From Dickeya solani IPO 2222 (GTDB lineage Bacteria; Pseudomonadota; Gammaproteobacteria; Enterobacterales; Enterobacteriaceae): DNA of 32,000 nt. The notes beneath the pieces were generated by a model. It was not told the origin of the DNA and did not search any database. It worked only from the letters and a program-made list of their open reading frames with translations. The position numbers and the translations under genes were made by a program. Positions 8,683-18,298 of the stretch are shown here, piece by piece. The stretch lies in the NCBI RefSeq assembly GCF_001644705.1, contig NZ_CP015137.1, positions 390,001 to 422,000 of the forward strand, in the 5' to 3' direction. How positions within the stretch are numbered: position 1 is the stretch's first letter; each line of letters opens with the position of its first letter.

Positions 8683-8758
8683 TCCTCTGTAGTTCAGTCG
8701 GTAGAACGGCGGACTGTTAATCCGTATGTCACTGGTTCGAGTCCAGTCAGAGGAGCCA
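8683..8758 (+). tRNA. asnT: tRNA-Asn (anticodon GUU)
   Basis: TCCTCTGTAGTTCAGTCGGTAGAACGGCGGACTGTTAATCCGTATGTCACTGGTTCGAGTCCAGTCAGAGGAGCCA matches the E. coli tRNA-Asn sequence as I recall it. Confidence 0.97.
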
Positions 8759-8764
8759 AAATTC

Positions 8765-8801
8765 AACGCCTTGCAATTCGAAAGAATCGCGAGGCGTTTT
8801 T
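8765..8801 (+). terminator. Rho-independent terminator of tRNA-Asn
   Basis: aacgccttgcaattc gaaa gaatcgcgaggcgtt followed by tttt. A 15-position stem with one mismatch and one G-U pair. Confidence 0.8.
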
Positions 8802-9372
8802 GTTTATGAAACGCGAATCCCGCCGGTCGGTGCTGACTGCACACCCATCATCAACGGCACCGCGATATCGGTATCGCAACGTCTGACGAGTGAGCCATGA
8901 TACTGCTGAGTCATGACTTCTTTTTACGATAACGCATCATGAAAATCAGAAAAGAGCCATCCAATTCGTTTTAGTCCCTCTACTCAATAATAAAAAAACA
9001 AACGAAATCATTTATTAATGTTATTTTTCATCTTGCCATTTTATTTCTATATACAAATAACGAATTAATACGGCGTTGATATTAAAATCATACGGGAAAA
9101 GAATCCCTGTACAGTCGTACACAGCCTCCCCTATACTCGCGATAACATACTATTCAACCGATGTTTATTGTTGCAGCCAGATGACGAAAGCGCGGTGCGA
9201 CGTGGCGTCACTCTGGCCGTGGCGGCTGCTCTCAGCGCAGCCCGCCTCTCCATCCGGAAAGAAAAAACAACGATGGGGACAAAAGTTAAGAAGTATCTAT
9301 CCGCACCACTATTAATTACCGTAGCTCAGGGATAAGAGCACACCCGTTATTTCTGGATTCAGGGAGGGAATC

Positions 9373-10620
9373 ATGAGGGTATTTCTGTCCACGCTTGGCT
9401 CTGCCGGGGATGTTTATCCCTTTATCAAAATAGGTGAAGCATTGAAGAATGCTGGACTGGATGTTTATCTTTGTACCAATCCTTATTTTGAACAGACGGC
9501 AAAGGAAAGAGGGCTAAATTTTATTTCAGTTGGCAACAGCGAAGATTATTTACGAACCGTCAATTCGCAACGCTTGTGGCATCATCAATCCGCCTTCAAT
9601 GAGATGGTCAATTTCATGAATGCGCAGCAGCAACCCGCCTATGACGCGCTGGCGCCGTGGATAGACCATTCCTCCGTGATACTCACCTCGCTGTGGTCCT
9701 TCACCGCCAAAATGTTCAGCGAAACCCGGGGATGCTGCGTCATTCCGGTCCGCGTCACACCATCGACATTCATCTCCAGCTACGACCCGCCCTACCATCG
9801 GCAGCTGCGGTGGATTCGCCGATTGCCGATACGCATGCGCCGTCTGTTTTTGTATCTCGCCGAGAAATATCTGGCCGATCGCCAACTGGCGCCCTTCATT
9901 AATGCGTTCAGAAGCCAGCAGGGGCTGCCGCGTATCGAACGCGTTCTGACATCATGGACGCACCGCACCGATGCGGCGTTGCTATGCCTGTTTCCGGAAT
10001 GGTTCGCCTCACCGTTGCCAGACTGGCCGGCTCATGTTCGACAGGTTGGTTTTCCGTTGTTCAACCTGCTGGACAAGCAGCAGGACGATGATCTGGCCCA
10101 GTTTATCGCGCGCGAACGCACGGTAATTTTCATGCCCAGTTGGGCACTCAGCACCAAACGCCCGCTGGCCATCTCGCTGGTGAAAAAAATCCGGCAACGC
10201 GGCTACCAGTGCCTGATCGTCGGCAAACCGTACCATGAACTGGCAGACGATACGGGAGTTCGCGCCGAGAGCCATATTAATCTGGGCCAATACCTGCATC
10301 GGTGCGCCGCCATTATCCATCACGGCGGCATTGGCACGATGGCGCAAGCTTTCGCCGCCGGGATTCCCCAATTGGTTATTCCCAGCGCCTTTGATCAGTT
10401 CGATAACGCCCGCCGGGTAACCGCCATGAAGTGCGGCGAATGGCTACCGGAAAGCGACATCGACCAGTTGGGCGATAAACTGCACAGCCTGTTGAGCAAC
10501 GCTGACATTGCGGAACACTGCCAGCGTATCCGCCAGCAGTTTCCTTCCGAGCAGATGGTCTGCCAGCGAATCGTCGACACCGTGCGTGAAGCCTACGCCA
10601 GACACATGGCCCAGGGCTGA
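9373..10620 (+). CDS. GT1-family glycosyltransferase, RhlB-like (rhamnosyltransferase chain B / MGT type)
   Basis: 415 aa with SD AGGGAGGG. Blocks shared with P. aeruginosa RhlB as I recall it: LGSAGDVYPFI, CLFPEWFASPLPDWPAHVRQVGFPLF, HHGGIGTMAQAFAAGIPQLVIPSAFDQFDNARRV (the GT-B nucleotide-sugar binding signature). Confidence 0.8.
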   Translation: MRVFLSTLGSAGDVYPFIKIGEALKNAGLDVYLCTNPYFEQTAKERGLNFISVGNSEDYLRTVNSQRLWHHQSAFNEMVNFMNAQQQPAYDALAPWIDHSSVILTSLWSFTAKMFSETRGCCVIPVRVTPSTFISSYDPPYHRQLRWIRRLPIRMRRLFLYLAEKYLADRQLAPFINAFRSQQGLPRIERVLTSWTHRTDAALLCLFPEWFASPLPDWPAHVRQVGFPLFNLLDKQQDDDLAQFIARERTVIFMPSWALSTKRPLAISLVKKIRQRGYQCLIVGKPYHELADDTGVRAESHINLGQYLHRCAAIIHHGGIGTMAQAFAAGIPQLVIPSAFDQFDNARRVTAMKCGEWLPESDIDQLGDKLHSLLSNADIAEHCQRIRQQFPSEQMVCQRIVDTVREAYARHMAQG

Positions 10621-10655
10621 TAGCGAACATACGGTAATCCCCGGCTATCGGGATG

Positions 10656-10682
10656 GCGTGTCTGGAGCAAAACCAGACACGC
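10656..10682 (+). terminator. Terminator hairpin after the glycosyltransferase gene
   Basis: GCGTGTCTGG agcaaaa CCAGACACGC followed by a pyrimidine-rich tctctccc tail. Confidence 0.6.
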
Positions 10683-10924
10683 TCTCTCCCACATTACCCC
10701 AGTCCTGGCACCAGCATTCTGTATAGAAGACGCAGACTATGCAAAAACGACATAAGCCCCTGTTCGATCACACTCCTGATGATTTTCCGGGCATGACAGG
10801 CCACTGCGTTTACACTGATAACGCCATGTTATCCAACATGAATAATGGCACATGGTATGCGTGTCAAAAAACACAACAGACAAAACATCAATAACAACGC
10901 CAATAAAACAACAAGGGGGGTTCT

Positions 10925-12688
10925 ATGGCATCGGGAAAATGGCTGCTGCCGTTAAGTCTGACGGCATTGCTGGTCAGCGGTGCGGTCCACGCGGTTTCCA
11001 TACCGGCAGTGGAAGCGAAAAACGGTATGGTGGTCACCTCGCAGTATTTGGCGTCGCAGGTCGGCGTCGATATTCTGAAAATGGGTGGCAATGCCATTGA
11101 TGCCGCGGTAGCGGTCGGTTACGCGCAGGCGGTGGTCAACCCCTGCTGCGGTAACATTGGGGGCGGCGGGTTTATGACCATCCATCTGGCGGATGGCAAA
11201 GATACCTTCATCAACTTCCGTGAAACAGCACCAGCCGCTGCATCCGCCAATATGTATCTGGATGCGGAAGGTAAAGTTAAAAAAGACGCCAGCCTGTATG
11301 GTTACCTGGCGGCAGGCGTTCCCGGTACGGTGCTGGGGCTGGAAACCGCACGCGAGAAATACGGCAAGCTGACGCGAGCCCAGGTGATGACGCCGGCTAT
11401 CAAACTGGCGCGGGAAGGTTTTATTCTGACCCGCGGCGACACCGACATTCTTGACACCACCGTCAAACGCTTTAAGCAGGACCCGGAATCAGCACGTATT
11501 TTCCTGCGCCCGGACGGCTCGGCGCTGCAACCGGGCGACCGTCTGGTGCAGACTGATTTGGCCGATACGCTAGAGGCGATCGCGGAGAAAGGGCCGGACG
11601 CGTTCTACCACGGTAAACTCCCTCAAATCATCGAGGACGCCGCCAAAAAAGGCGGAGGTATCCTGACGGCGGCGGACTTCGCCAACTATCGCGTAACCGA
11701 AACCCAGCCGATCACCTGCAGCTATCGCGGTTACCAATTTATCTCTTCGCCACCGCCCAGCTCCGGCGGGATCACGATGTGTGAAACGTTGAACATTCTC
11801 GAAGGTTACGACCTGAAAAGCATGGGCTTCAACTCTGCACAGGCAATCCATATCATGACGGAAGCGATGCGTCACGCCTACATGGACCGCAACACCTATC
11901 TGGGCGACCCGGAGTTTGTCAAAAACCCTGTCGACCGGCTGCTGAGCAAAGCGTATGCCGCCGAGATCCGCAAAAAAATCGACGACACCAGAGCCACGCC
12001 GTCCGAACAGGTGAAACCCGGCATGGAACCGCATGAAAAACCGGAAACTACCCACTACTCGATCGTCGATAATCAGGGCAACGCCGTCTCCACCACCTAC
12101 ACGGTGAACGGCCGCTTCGGCGCGGTGGTGATCGCCCCCGGCACCGGCTTCTTCCTGAACGACGAAATGGATGACTTCACCGTCAAAGTGGGCGAGAAAA
12201 ACCTCTACGGACTGGTGCAGGGCGAACGCAACGCCATCGCGCCGGGCAAACGCCCACTGTCGTCGATGAGCCCGTCGCTGGTGACCAAAGACGGCAAGAT
12301 CTTCCTGGTGCTTGGCTCGCCGGGCGGTTCGCGCATCATCAGCATCACGCTACAGAGCGCGCTGAATATTCTCGACTTCGGCATGCTGCCGCAGGAAGCG
12401 GTTGACGCGCCGCGTATCCACCATCAATGGTTGCCGGACGAGGTTTATTATGAACAGCGCGGCCTGTCCGCCGACACGCTCACGTTGTTAAAAGAGCGCG
12501 GCTATAAGATGGTGGAACAAACGCCGTGGGGCGCAACCGAGCTGATCATGGTCGGATTGTCCGGTGTGGAAGGCGTGATCCCCGCCAACTCCGGCAACGA
12601 CTCGGCGGTATCCGGCAAGGTGCGCGAAGGGTATCTGTATGGCGCCAACGACTCTCGTCGTCCGGCTGGCGCCGCCATCGGCTACTGA
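10925..12688 (+). CDS. ggt: Gamma-glutamyltranspeptidase (periplasmic, Ntn hydrolase)
   Basis: 587 aa with a signal peptide (..LLVSGAVHA). Autoprocessing and catalytic Thr in PETTHYSIVD. Conserved GSPGGSRII and PGKRPLSSMSP blocks. SD AAGGGGGG. Confidence 0.93.
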   Translation: MASGKWLLPLSLTALLVSGAVHAVSIPAVEAKNGMVVTSQYLASQVGVDILKMGGNAIDAAVAVGYAQAVVNPCCGNIGGGGFMTIHLADGKDTFINFRETAPAAASANMYLDAEGKVKKDASLYGYLAAGVPGTVLGLETAREKYGKLTRAQVMTPAIKLAREGFILTRGDTDILDTTVKRFKQDPESARIFLRPDGSALQPGDRLVQTDLADTLEAIAEKGPDAFYHGKLPQIIEDAAKKGGGILTAADFANYRVTETQPITCSYRGYQFISSPPPSSGGITMCETLNILEGYDLKSMGFNSAQAIHIMTEAMRHAYMDRNTYLGDPEFVKNPVDRLLSKAYAAEIRKKIDDTRATPSEQVKPGMEPHEKPETTHYSIVDNQGNAVSTTYTVNGRFGAVVIAPGTGFFLNDEMDDFTVKVGEKNLYGLVQGERNAIAPGKRPLSSMSPSLVTKDGKIFLVLGSPGGSRIISITLQSALNILDFGMLPQEAVDAPRIHHQWLPDEVYYEQRGLSADTLTLLKERGYKMVEQTPWGATELIMVGLSGVEGVIPANSGNDSAVSGKVREGYLYGANDSRRPAGAAIGY

Positions 12689-12778
12689 TATCTCCCCGCA
12701 AAGTGCCGGGATGCCGACTGAATCCGGCAGCCCGGCACTGCGTGTCCATAGCAAACTCAGTGCAAATCACTATTCGGC

Positions 12779-12825
12779 AACGCGCCCCGTCCATCACGTT
12801 AACCCAATGGCCGGGCGCGTTTTCT
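12779..12825 (+). terminator. Probable ggt terminator (a second strong hairpin lies at 12702-12739)
   Basis: AACGCGCCC ... GGGCGCGTT followed by TTTCT. The upstream hairpin agtgccggg..cccggcact has about 14 paired positions. Confidence 0.55.
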
Positions 12826-12853
12826 ATCGCCGGCATACAATTTATCGCCGATG

Positions 12854-12898
12854 AACTTACCAGCTATAAACTTACCGGCTATAAATTTACCGGCTATA
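12854..12898. repeat. Three tandem 15-bp units overlapping the stop codon of the chemoreceptor gene
   Basis: aacttaccagctata / aacttaccggctata / aatttaccggctata. Confidence 0.85.
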
Positions 12899-14488
12899 GT
12901 CCAGTAACAGTTCGTGCCCGGCAACACCGGTGTCCCGCCGCCCGCTGGGCGCCCGGTCCGATAGTCGGAATACCCCGACCGCCTGCACCAGTTCCTCCGC
13001 CTGACCATTCAGGCTGCCCGCAGCGGCGGCCATTTCCTCCACCAGCGCCGCATTTTGCTGGGTGGTGCGCTCCATGCTCACTACCGCTTCCCCCACCTGC
13101 GACACGCCGCTACTCTGCTCGCTGCTGGCAGAACTGATCTCGCCCATGATATCGGTCACGCGACGAATGCTATCGACCACGTCCTGCATGGTGTGGCCCG
13201 CATTGTCTGCCAGCGCGCTGCCGCTCGCGATCCGCGCCACGCTGTCGGAAATCAGCGCTTTTATCTCACGGGCCGATTCCGCACTGCGTTGCGCCAGCGC
13301 ACGCACCTCGCCCGCCACCACGGAAAAACCACGCCCCTGCTCGCCGGCGCGCGCGGCTTCCACCGCCGCATTCAACGCCAGAATATTGGTCTGGAAGGCG
13401 ATAGCGTCAATCACGCCGATAATATCGGCAATGCGCTGGGCGCTGTCGTTGATTTCCCGCATGGTGTCCACCACCTGCGTCACCACCTCGCCGCCCTGCT
13501 CCGCCACCTGACTGGCGGTCTGGGCTAGTTGGTTAGCCTGCCGGGCGTTGTCGGCGTTCTGTTTCACCGTGGCGGAAAGTTGCTCCATAGAGGCGGCGGT
13601 CTGTTCCAGCGCGCTGGCCTGGGATTCAGTACGCGCGGACAAGTCATGGTTGCCGTGCGCAATTTCGCCGCTGGCCACCCCCACCGACTCGGCGCCATGC
13701 CGCACCTGCGTGACGATGCGAATCAGGCTCGACTGCATATGCGACAGCGCGTTGAGCACGGTGGCGATCTCATCACGCCCGCTGGCGTTGATAGGATAGG
13801 TCAGATCGCCGTCCGCCACCGCTTCGGCGGCCGCCTGCGCCTGCGACAAGCTGCGAACAATACCGCGCACCATCAGCCAGCCAAATAGCGCCGCACCGGC
13901 AATCCCCGCCAGCACCGCCACAATCGCCAGCGCTTTCAGCCACTGGTAACGTTGCACCGAACCGGTGTATTCATCTTTAGCCACGTTAACCTGCAACGTC
14001 ACCAGTTGGCTGAGCAGCGCATGACCCTGTTTCTCCAGCACGCTGACTTTACCGTCGTACAGGCGCATCGCCTGCTCCAGTTGCCCGGCCCGAATCGCCG
14101 CGTCGGTCGGCTGCACGCCTTCGCGATTATAGCGCTGCAGATTATCGGCAAACTGGTCCGCCAATCGCGCCTCTTCAGGCGTCAGGTAAGTGGCGCGATA
14201 CTCGCCCCAAACCCGGTCAATCCGGTTCAGGTTCTGGTTCAGCTCTTCAACCCGCTGTTGCTTGTTCGCCGCCTCCGGCAACAGCAACATATCCATAATC
14301 AGCACCCGGTTGCGCTGCACCAGCCATTCCAACTGCTCCAGTTGCGCCAACACCACGGTACGGTCTTCATACACCGTCTTGAGCGATTGATTGGCTTTTT
14401 CGGCGGTAAACATGCCGATAGCCCCCATGATCAAAATGCCCAGCGCCAGCATCCCGGTAAAACTCCATAATCGTGTCGAAATCTTCAT
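12887..14488 (-). CDS. Methyl-accepting chemotaxis protein (four-helix-bundle sensor, HAMP, MA domain)
   Basis: 533 aa from ATG 14488 ([27 protein letters not shown] is TM1). A second TM is followed by HAMP. Conserved signalling hairpin [28 protein letters not shown] and [25 protein letters not shown]. There is no C-terminal NWETF pentapeptide. The track's 621-aa start at 14752 is rejected. Confidence 0.9.
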   Translation of the reverse strand: MKISTRLWSFTGMLALGILIMGAIGMFTAEKANQSLKTVYEDRTVVLAQLEQLEWLVQRNRVLIMDMLLLPEAANKQQRVEELNQNLNRIDRVWGEYRATYLTPEEARLADQFADNLQRYNREGVQPTDAAIRAGQLEQAMRLYDGKVSVLEKQGHALLSQLVTLQVNVAKDEYTGSVQRYQWLKALAIVAVLAGIAGAALFGWLMVRGIVRSLSQAQAAAEAVADGDLTYPINASGRDEIATVLNALSHMQSSLIRIVTQVRHGAESVGVASGEIAHGNHDLSARTESQASALEQTAASMEQLSATVKQNADNARQANQLAQTASQVAEQGGEVVTQVVDTMREINDSAQRIADIIGVIDAIAFQTNILALNAAVEAARAGEQGRGFSVVAGEVRALAQRSAESAREIKALISDSVARIASGSALADNAGHTMQDVVDSIRRVTDIMGEISSASSEQSSGVSQVGEAVVSMERTTQQNAALVEEMAAAAGSLNGQAEELVQAVGVFRLSDRAPSGRRDTGVAGHELLLDYSR

Positions 14489-14858
14489 TGCTGCAACCCT
14501 GTCCTGTGTGATGTCGTCTGTTGTTATGTCATGTCTAAAAATGTTATGCCTAAATCGTGGCCGTACCGGGCGTGATAATCTGCTGCGGCAGAGACTCCCA
14601 AACGGAGGAAAACTATATAGAAACGCGAGGTAAGACAGAAGGTTAACGATTTTCCCATCAAGCAGACAAAATAGAATGAAATAGGGTTTCATAAGAAGAA
14701 ACTGGTGGTTTAAGGTCATATTCAACCTGCGAAACGTTACTGGCGTCTTCATTCACAGCCGTTTATAAAAATGTGTCGAAAACTATTTTTTATATTGTCA
14801 GTCGATTGAAAAGAAATTCTTATGAGTGAAGAACTGTCCTGTCAGGAGAAAGCGTGTG

Positions 14859-15875
14859 ATGCCCCATGAGCTGTTGCTGCCCCCGCCGTTGCGCCCAGGC
14901 GATACCATCGGTTTTTTCTCGCCGTCCTCGCCCGCAACGCACTTTGCCCCGGCGCGTTTTGAACGGGCGAAAGCCTTTCTTGAACAACACGGCTACCGGC
15001 TGCGCGCCGGCGCGCTGACCGGTAAAACCGACCACTACCGCTCCGGCAGCATCGCCGCGCGCGTTGACGAACTGAACACACTGATCCGCGACCCTACAGT
15101 GCGCTGCATTATGTCGACCATTGGTGGCAGCAACAGCAACTCGCTGTTGCCGTATCTCGATTACGACGCCCTACGCCGCGATCCGAAAATCATCATCGGT
15201 TATTCCGACGTCACCACGCTGCTGCTGGGTATTTACCGCCGCATCGGACTGGTGACCTTTTACGGCCCGGCGCTGGTGGCGTCGTTCGGCGAATTCCCGC
15301 CGCTGGTGGACGACACCTTCGCCGCTTTTTCCGAAATGACCAATGCGGCGCGGCACGGCCATGTCTATCACATGCCGTCGGGCTGGACCGACGAACGGCT
15401 GGACTGGAATCAGCAATCGCGCGCCAAAACCACCCATCCCAACCGGTGGCGCTTCGACGGCCGCGGCGTTTATCAGGGCCGGCTTATCGGCGGCAACCTC
15501 AATACCATGGCGGGGATCTGGGGCAGTCCGTTTATGCCGGCGATTGAAGACGGCGATATTCTGCTGCTGGAAGACTCGCTGAAGGACATCGCCACCGTGG
15601 AGCGCGCGTTCGCCCACCTGAAGCTCTGCGGCGTGTTTGATCGGGTCGCGGCGGTGATTCTGGGCAAGCACGAGCAGTTCGATGACAAAGGCACCGGCCG
15701 TGATTCGCTGACCGTGCTGCGCGAAGTGCTTAACGGGCAGCCGCTGCCGGTGCTGGCGGATTTTGATTGCTGCCATACTCACCCGATGCTGACCCTGCCG
15801 CTCGGCGTGCGTATTACGGTCGATTTTGACGCCGGTCGCGTCGCATTAAACGATCCCTGGCTGCGTCAGCCCTGA
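14859..15875 (+). CDS. S66-family LD-carboxypeptidase, MccF-like (microcin C7 self-immunity type)
   Basis: About 338 aa. Ser nucleophile motif IIGYSDVTTLL, Glu in ILLLEDS and His in CCHTHP are all present. AGGAG lies 10 nt upstream of ATG 14859; GTG 14856 is an alternative start. Confidence 0.85.
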   Translation: MPHELLLPPPLRPGDTIGFFSPSSPATHFAPARFERAKAFLEQHGYRLRAGALTGKTDHYRSGSIAARVDELNTLIRDPTVRCIMSTIGGSNSNSLLPYLDYDALRRDPKIIIGYSDVTTLLLGIYRRIGLVTFYGPALVASFGEFPPLVDDTFAAFSEMTNAARHGHVYHMPSGWTDERLDWNQQSRAKTTHPNRWRFDGRGVYQGRLIGGNLNTMAGIWGSPFMPAIEDGDILLLEDSLKDIATVERAFAHLKLCGVFDRVAAVILGKHEQFDDKGTGRDSLTVLREVLNGQPLPVLADFDCCHTHPMLTLPLGVRITVDFDAGRVALNDPWLRQP

Positions 15876-16768
15876 CCAGGCGACAGGCAATCAGTAAAGC
15901 TGTCGAGAAAATCCGTCAGCCATTCCGCCTGCGCACGACCATCCAACCCAGGCCGGTGCGCCAGATAATAGGCCGCACCGGTTTTTACCGTTTCGGTAAA
16001 CGGCATCACCAGCCGTTGCCGCCGGATATCTTCCGCTACCAGCGTCACATCCGCCATCGCGACGCCAAACCCCTGAATGGCGGCACTGATAGCCAGATCC
16101 ATGGTGTCGAACTGTTGGTTACGGCGCATCACCTGCTCGCCGATGCCGTGGGTTTTCAGCCATAACTTCCAGTCACGCTGGTCATGAGTCGGATGCAACA
16201 GCGTCAGACGCGCCAGTTGTTCTGGCGACAGCGCCGCTTGCCCGGCAGGCAGCAGATGCGGCGCCAGCACCGGCGACAGTACCTCGTCGAACAATTTGCC
16301 GTCATGGTGGCGCGGCGCGGCATCCGGCGCGAACACCACCGCCACATCGAAATCTTCGTGACGAAAATCGACGCCGTGCTCGGTGGTGGTGGTCAGCGCG
16401 ACATGAATATCCGGCCGCCGCTGCTCCAGCGTCATCAGTTGCGCCACCAGCCAGCGCATGGCGCAGGTCGGCGCCTTCATCCGAATGGAACGCCCTTCGC
16501 GCACCCGGTTCGTCACCCGAAACAGTTGATCAAACACCTCGCGAATCTCCGGCAACAGCTGGCTGCCCTGCGGGGTCAGCCGTAAACCGCGGGCATGGCG
16601 TTGAAACAACGCGAAGCCCAGCCAGGCTTCCAGCGACGCGATTTGCCGGCTTACCGCCCCCTGCGTGACGAATAGTTCCTCCGCCGCCCGGGTGAAATTG
16701 AGATGACGGGCGGTCACCACAAAAGCGTGCAGCGCATTCAGCGGCGGGATACGGTTATTGATGGTCAT
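15866..16768 (-). CDS. LysR-family transcriptional regulator (GcvA subfamily-like)
   Basis: 300 aa. HTH FTRAAEELFVTQGAVSRQIASLE. SD GGAGAG. Its 3' end overlaps the convergent peptidase gene by 10 bp. Confidence 0.9.
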   Translation of the reverse strand: MTINNRIPPLNALHAFVVTARHLNFTRAAEELFVTQGAVSRQIASLEAWLGFALFQRHARGLRLTPQGSQLLPEIREVFDQLFRVTNRVREGRSIRMKAPTCAMRWLVAQLMTLEQRRPDIHVALTTTTEHGVDFRHEDFDVAVVFAPDAAPRHHDGKLFDEVLSPVLAPHLLPAGQAALSPEQLARLTLLHPTHDQRDWKLWLKTHGIGEQVMRRNQQFDTMDLAISAAIQGFGVAMADVTLVAEDIRRQRLVMPFTETVKTGAAYYLAHRPGLDGRAQAEWLTDFLDSFTDCLSPGQG

Positions 16769-17014
16769 GCGCGCTCTCCGTCAGGCGGCCATAAGAAAAT
16801 TGATTACATAACTATGCAAAAAATGCGGTACGGCTCTTAGCACCGTTTCCCGATACGAGCGGTATCGTCTGCCCCGGTTTCATGGCAAGCGACGATGACC
16901 ATCACCCTATCTTATTGCTAGCAGGTAATAAAAACCACACTGAGCCATGCGTTTTTCTCATGGCTATTATGACAACAATTCGATTGTAGTACTACCGGCG
17001 GCAACGTCTAATGC

Positions 17015-17030
17015 ATGAATAGTTATTCAT
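17015..17030. promoter_or_regulatory. Perfect 7-2-7 palindrome, candidate LysR-type operator in the divergent intergenic region
   Basis: ATGAATA GT TATTCAT contains a T-N11-A core. It lies about 93 bp upstream of the aminotransferase ATG. Confidence 0.4.
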
Positions 17031-17122
17031 CTATAGCCAATAAATTTCAGCAGACAGGGGCATCACCCTGCTACCGTTCGCCAGCGAGGCGGACCTGCTG
17101 CGGCACTCAACGGAGACCCCTC

Positions 17123-18298
17123 ATGCCGATTCAAACCCCGGTGCAGTTCAGCTCTAAATTGCCGGATGTGGGCACGACTATTTTTACCGTTATCGGTCAG
17201 CTATCCAGCCAGCACAACGCCATCAATCTGTCTCAGGGCGCGCCCAGCTTTCCCTGCTCTCCCGACCTGATCGCCGGGGTCACACGCGCCATGACCGAAG
17301 GTCATAACCAGTACGCGTCAATGTCAGGACTGGTATCGCTCAAAGAGGTGGTGGCGGAGAAAGTCAAACGCCTGTATGGCCAGCACTACGACGCCGGGTC
17401 TGAAGTCACCATCACCGCCAGCGCCAGCGAAGGGCTGTACTCCGCCATTTCCGCGCTGGTGCATCCGGGTGACGAGGTTATCTATTTCGAGCCGTCGTTC
17501 GACAGCTATGCGCCCATCGTCCGGCTGCAGGGCGCAACGCCGGTGGCGCTGAAACTCGCCGTGCCGAGCTTTGCCATCAACTGGGACGAGGTGCAGGCGG
17601 CCATTACCCCGCACACCCGTATGATTATCATCAATTCGCCGCACAACCCGAGCGGCCAGGTGCTGAGCGCCGACGATCTGGCGCAGCTGGCGCGCCTGAC
17701 GCGCAACACCGACATTGTGATTCTGTCTGACGAGGTCTACGAACACGTGGTGTTCGACGGTCAGCGCCATCACAGCATGGCGACCCACAGCGAACTGGCG
17801 GCCCGCAGCGTCATCGTCTCGTCGTTCGGTAAAACCTTTCATGTCACCGGCTGGCGCGTCGGTTACTGTCTGGCCCCGGCAGCGCTGATGGATGAGATCC
17901 TCAAAATCCACCAGTTTATGATGTTCTCCGCCGACACGCCGATGCAGTACGCCTTTGCCGAGTACATGGCGGACCCGGCGACCTACCTGTCGCTAGGCCA
18001 GTTCTACCAGCACAAACGCGACCTGCTGATCAATGCCCTGCAGGACGGGCCGTTTGAACTGTTGCCCTCCGCCGGATCGTTCTTCATGCTGGCGAGCTTT
18101 GCGCACTTCAGCGATGAAAGCGACAGTGACATGGTTAAACGACTGATTGTCGACCACGGCGTGGCGACCATTCCGCTATCGGCGTTTTACACCGACGGCA
18201 CCGACAATAAACTGATTCGTCTGTCGTTCTCCAAAGATGACGAGACGCTGCTGGCCGGCGCGAAAGCCTTGTGTCAGGCGGCGGAACGCCGACGCTAA
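17123..18298 (+). CDS. ybdL: PLP-dependent aminotransferase, YbdL-like (methionine/aromatic 2-oxoacid aminotransferase class I)
   Basis: 391 aa from ATG 17123, with GGAG 7 nt upstream. Colinear with E. coli YbdL (KLPDVGTTIFT, AINLSQG, NQYA.M.G, DEVYEH, and the PLP-lysine motif SSFGKTFHVTGWRVGY). The track start at 17015 is rejected. Confidence 0.88.
   Translation: MPIQTPVQFSSKLPDVGTTIFTVIGQLSSQHNAINLSQGAPSFPCSPDLIAGVTRAMTEGHNQYASMSGLVSLKEVVAEKVKRLYGQHYDAGSEVTITASASEGLYSAISALVHPGDEVIYFEPSFDSYAPIVRLQGATPVALKLAVPSFAINWDEVQAAITPHTRMIIINSPHNPSGQVLSADDLAQLARLTRNTDIVILSDEVYEHVVFDGQRHHSMATHSELAARSVIVSSFGKTFHVTGWRVGYCLAPAALMDEILKIHQFMMFSADTPMQYAFAEYMADPATYLSLGQFYQHKRDLLINALQDGPFELLPSAGSFFMLASFAHFSDESDSDMVKRLIVDHGVATIPLSAFYTDGTDNKLIRLSFSKDDETLLAGAKALCQAAERRR

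Noticed and set aside
8759-9372. A possible genomic island integrated at tRNA-Asn, and a 79-aa ORF at 9076-9315
   Set aside because: I could find no integrase, no direct repeat of the tRNA 3' end and no mobility genes. The 79-aa ORF has no SD or motif. Only compositional hints remain, and these are reported under the glycosyltransferase finding.
10706-10721. TGGCAC-cagca-TTCTG, a sigma-54-like motif about 200 bp upstream of ggt
   Set aside because: The -24 half is perfect, but the -12 element lacks the invariant GC, and no NtrC-type enhancer was seen nearby. The evidence is insufficient.
12854-12898. Short tandem arrays (also at 1468-1521, 28297-28335 and 30653-30712) considered as CRISPR-like
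   Set aside because: The units are directly adjacent with no spacers, are only 10-21 bp long, and occur in just 2-3 copies. No cas genes are present.
14489-14752. N-terminal extensions offered by the ORF track. These affect the MCP (621 aa), the aminotransferase (from 17015), uvrY (from 4980), the FMN reductase (from 20639), yecF (from 5467), nac (from 8352) and nasD (from 29790).
   Set aside because: Homologue lengths and well-placed SD sequences support the downstream starts. The extensions are non-conserved and cross promoter regions.
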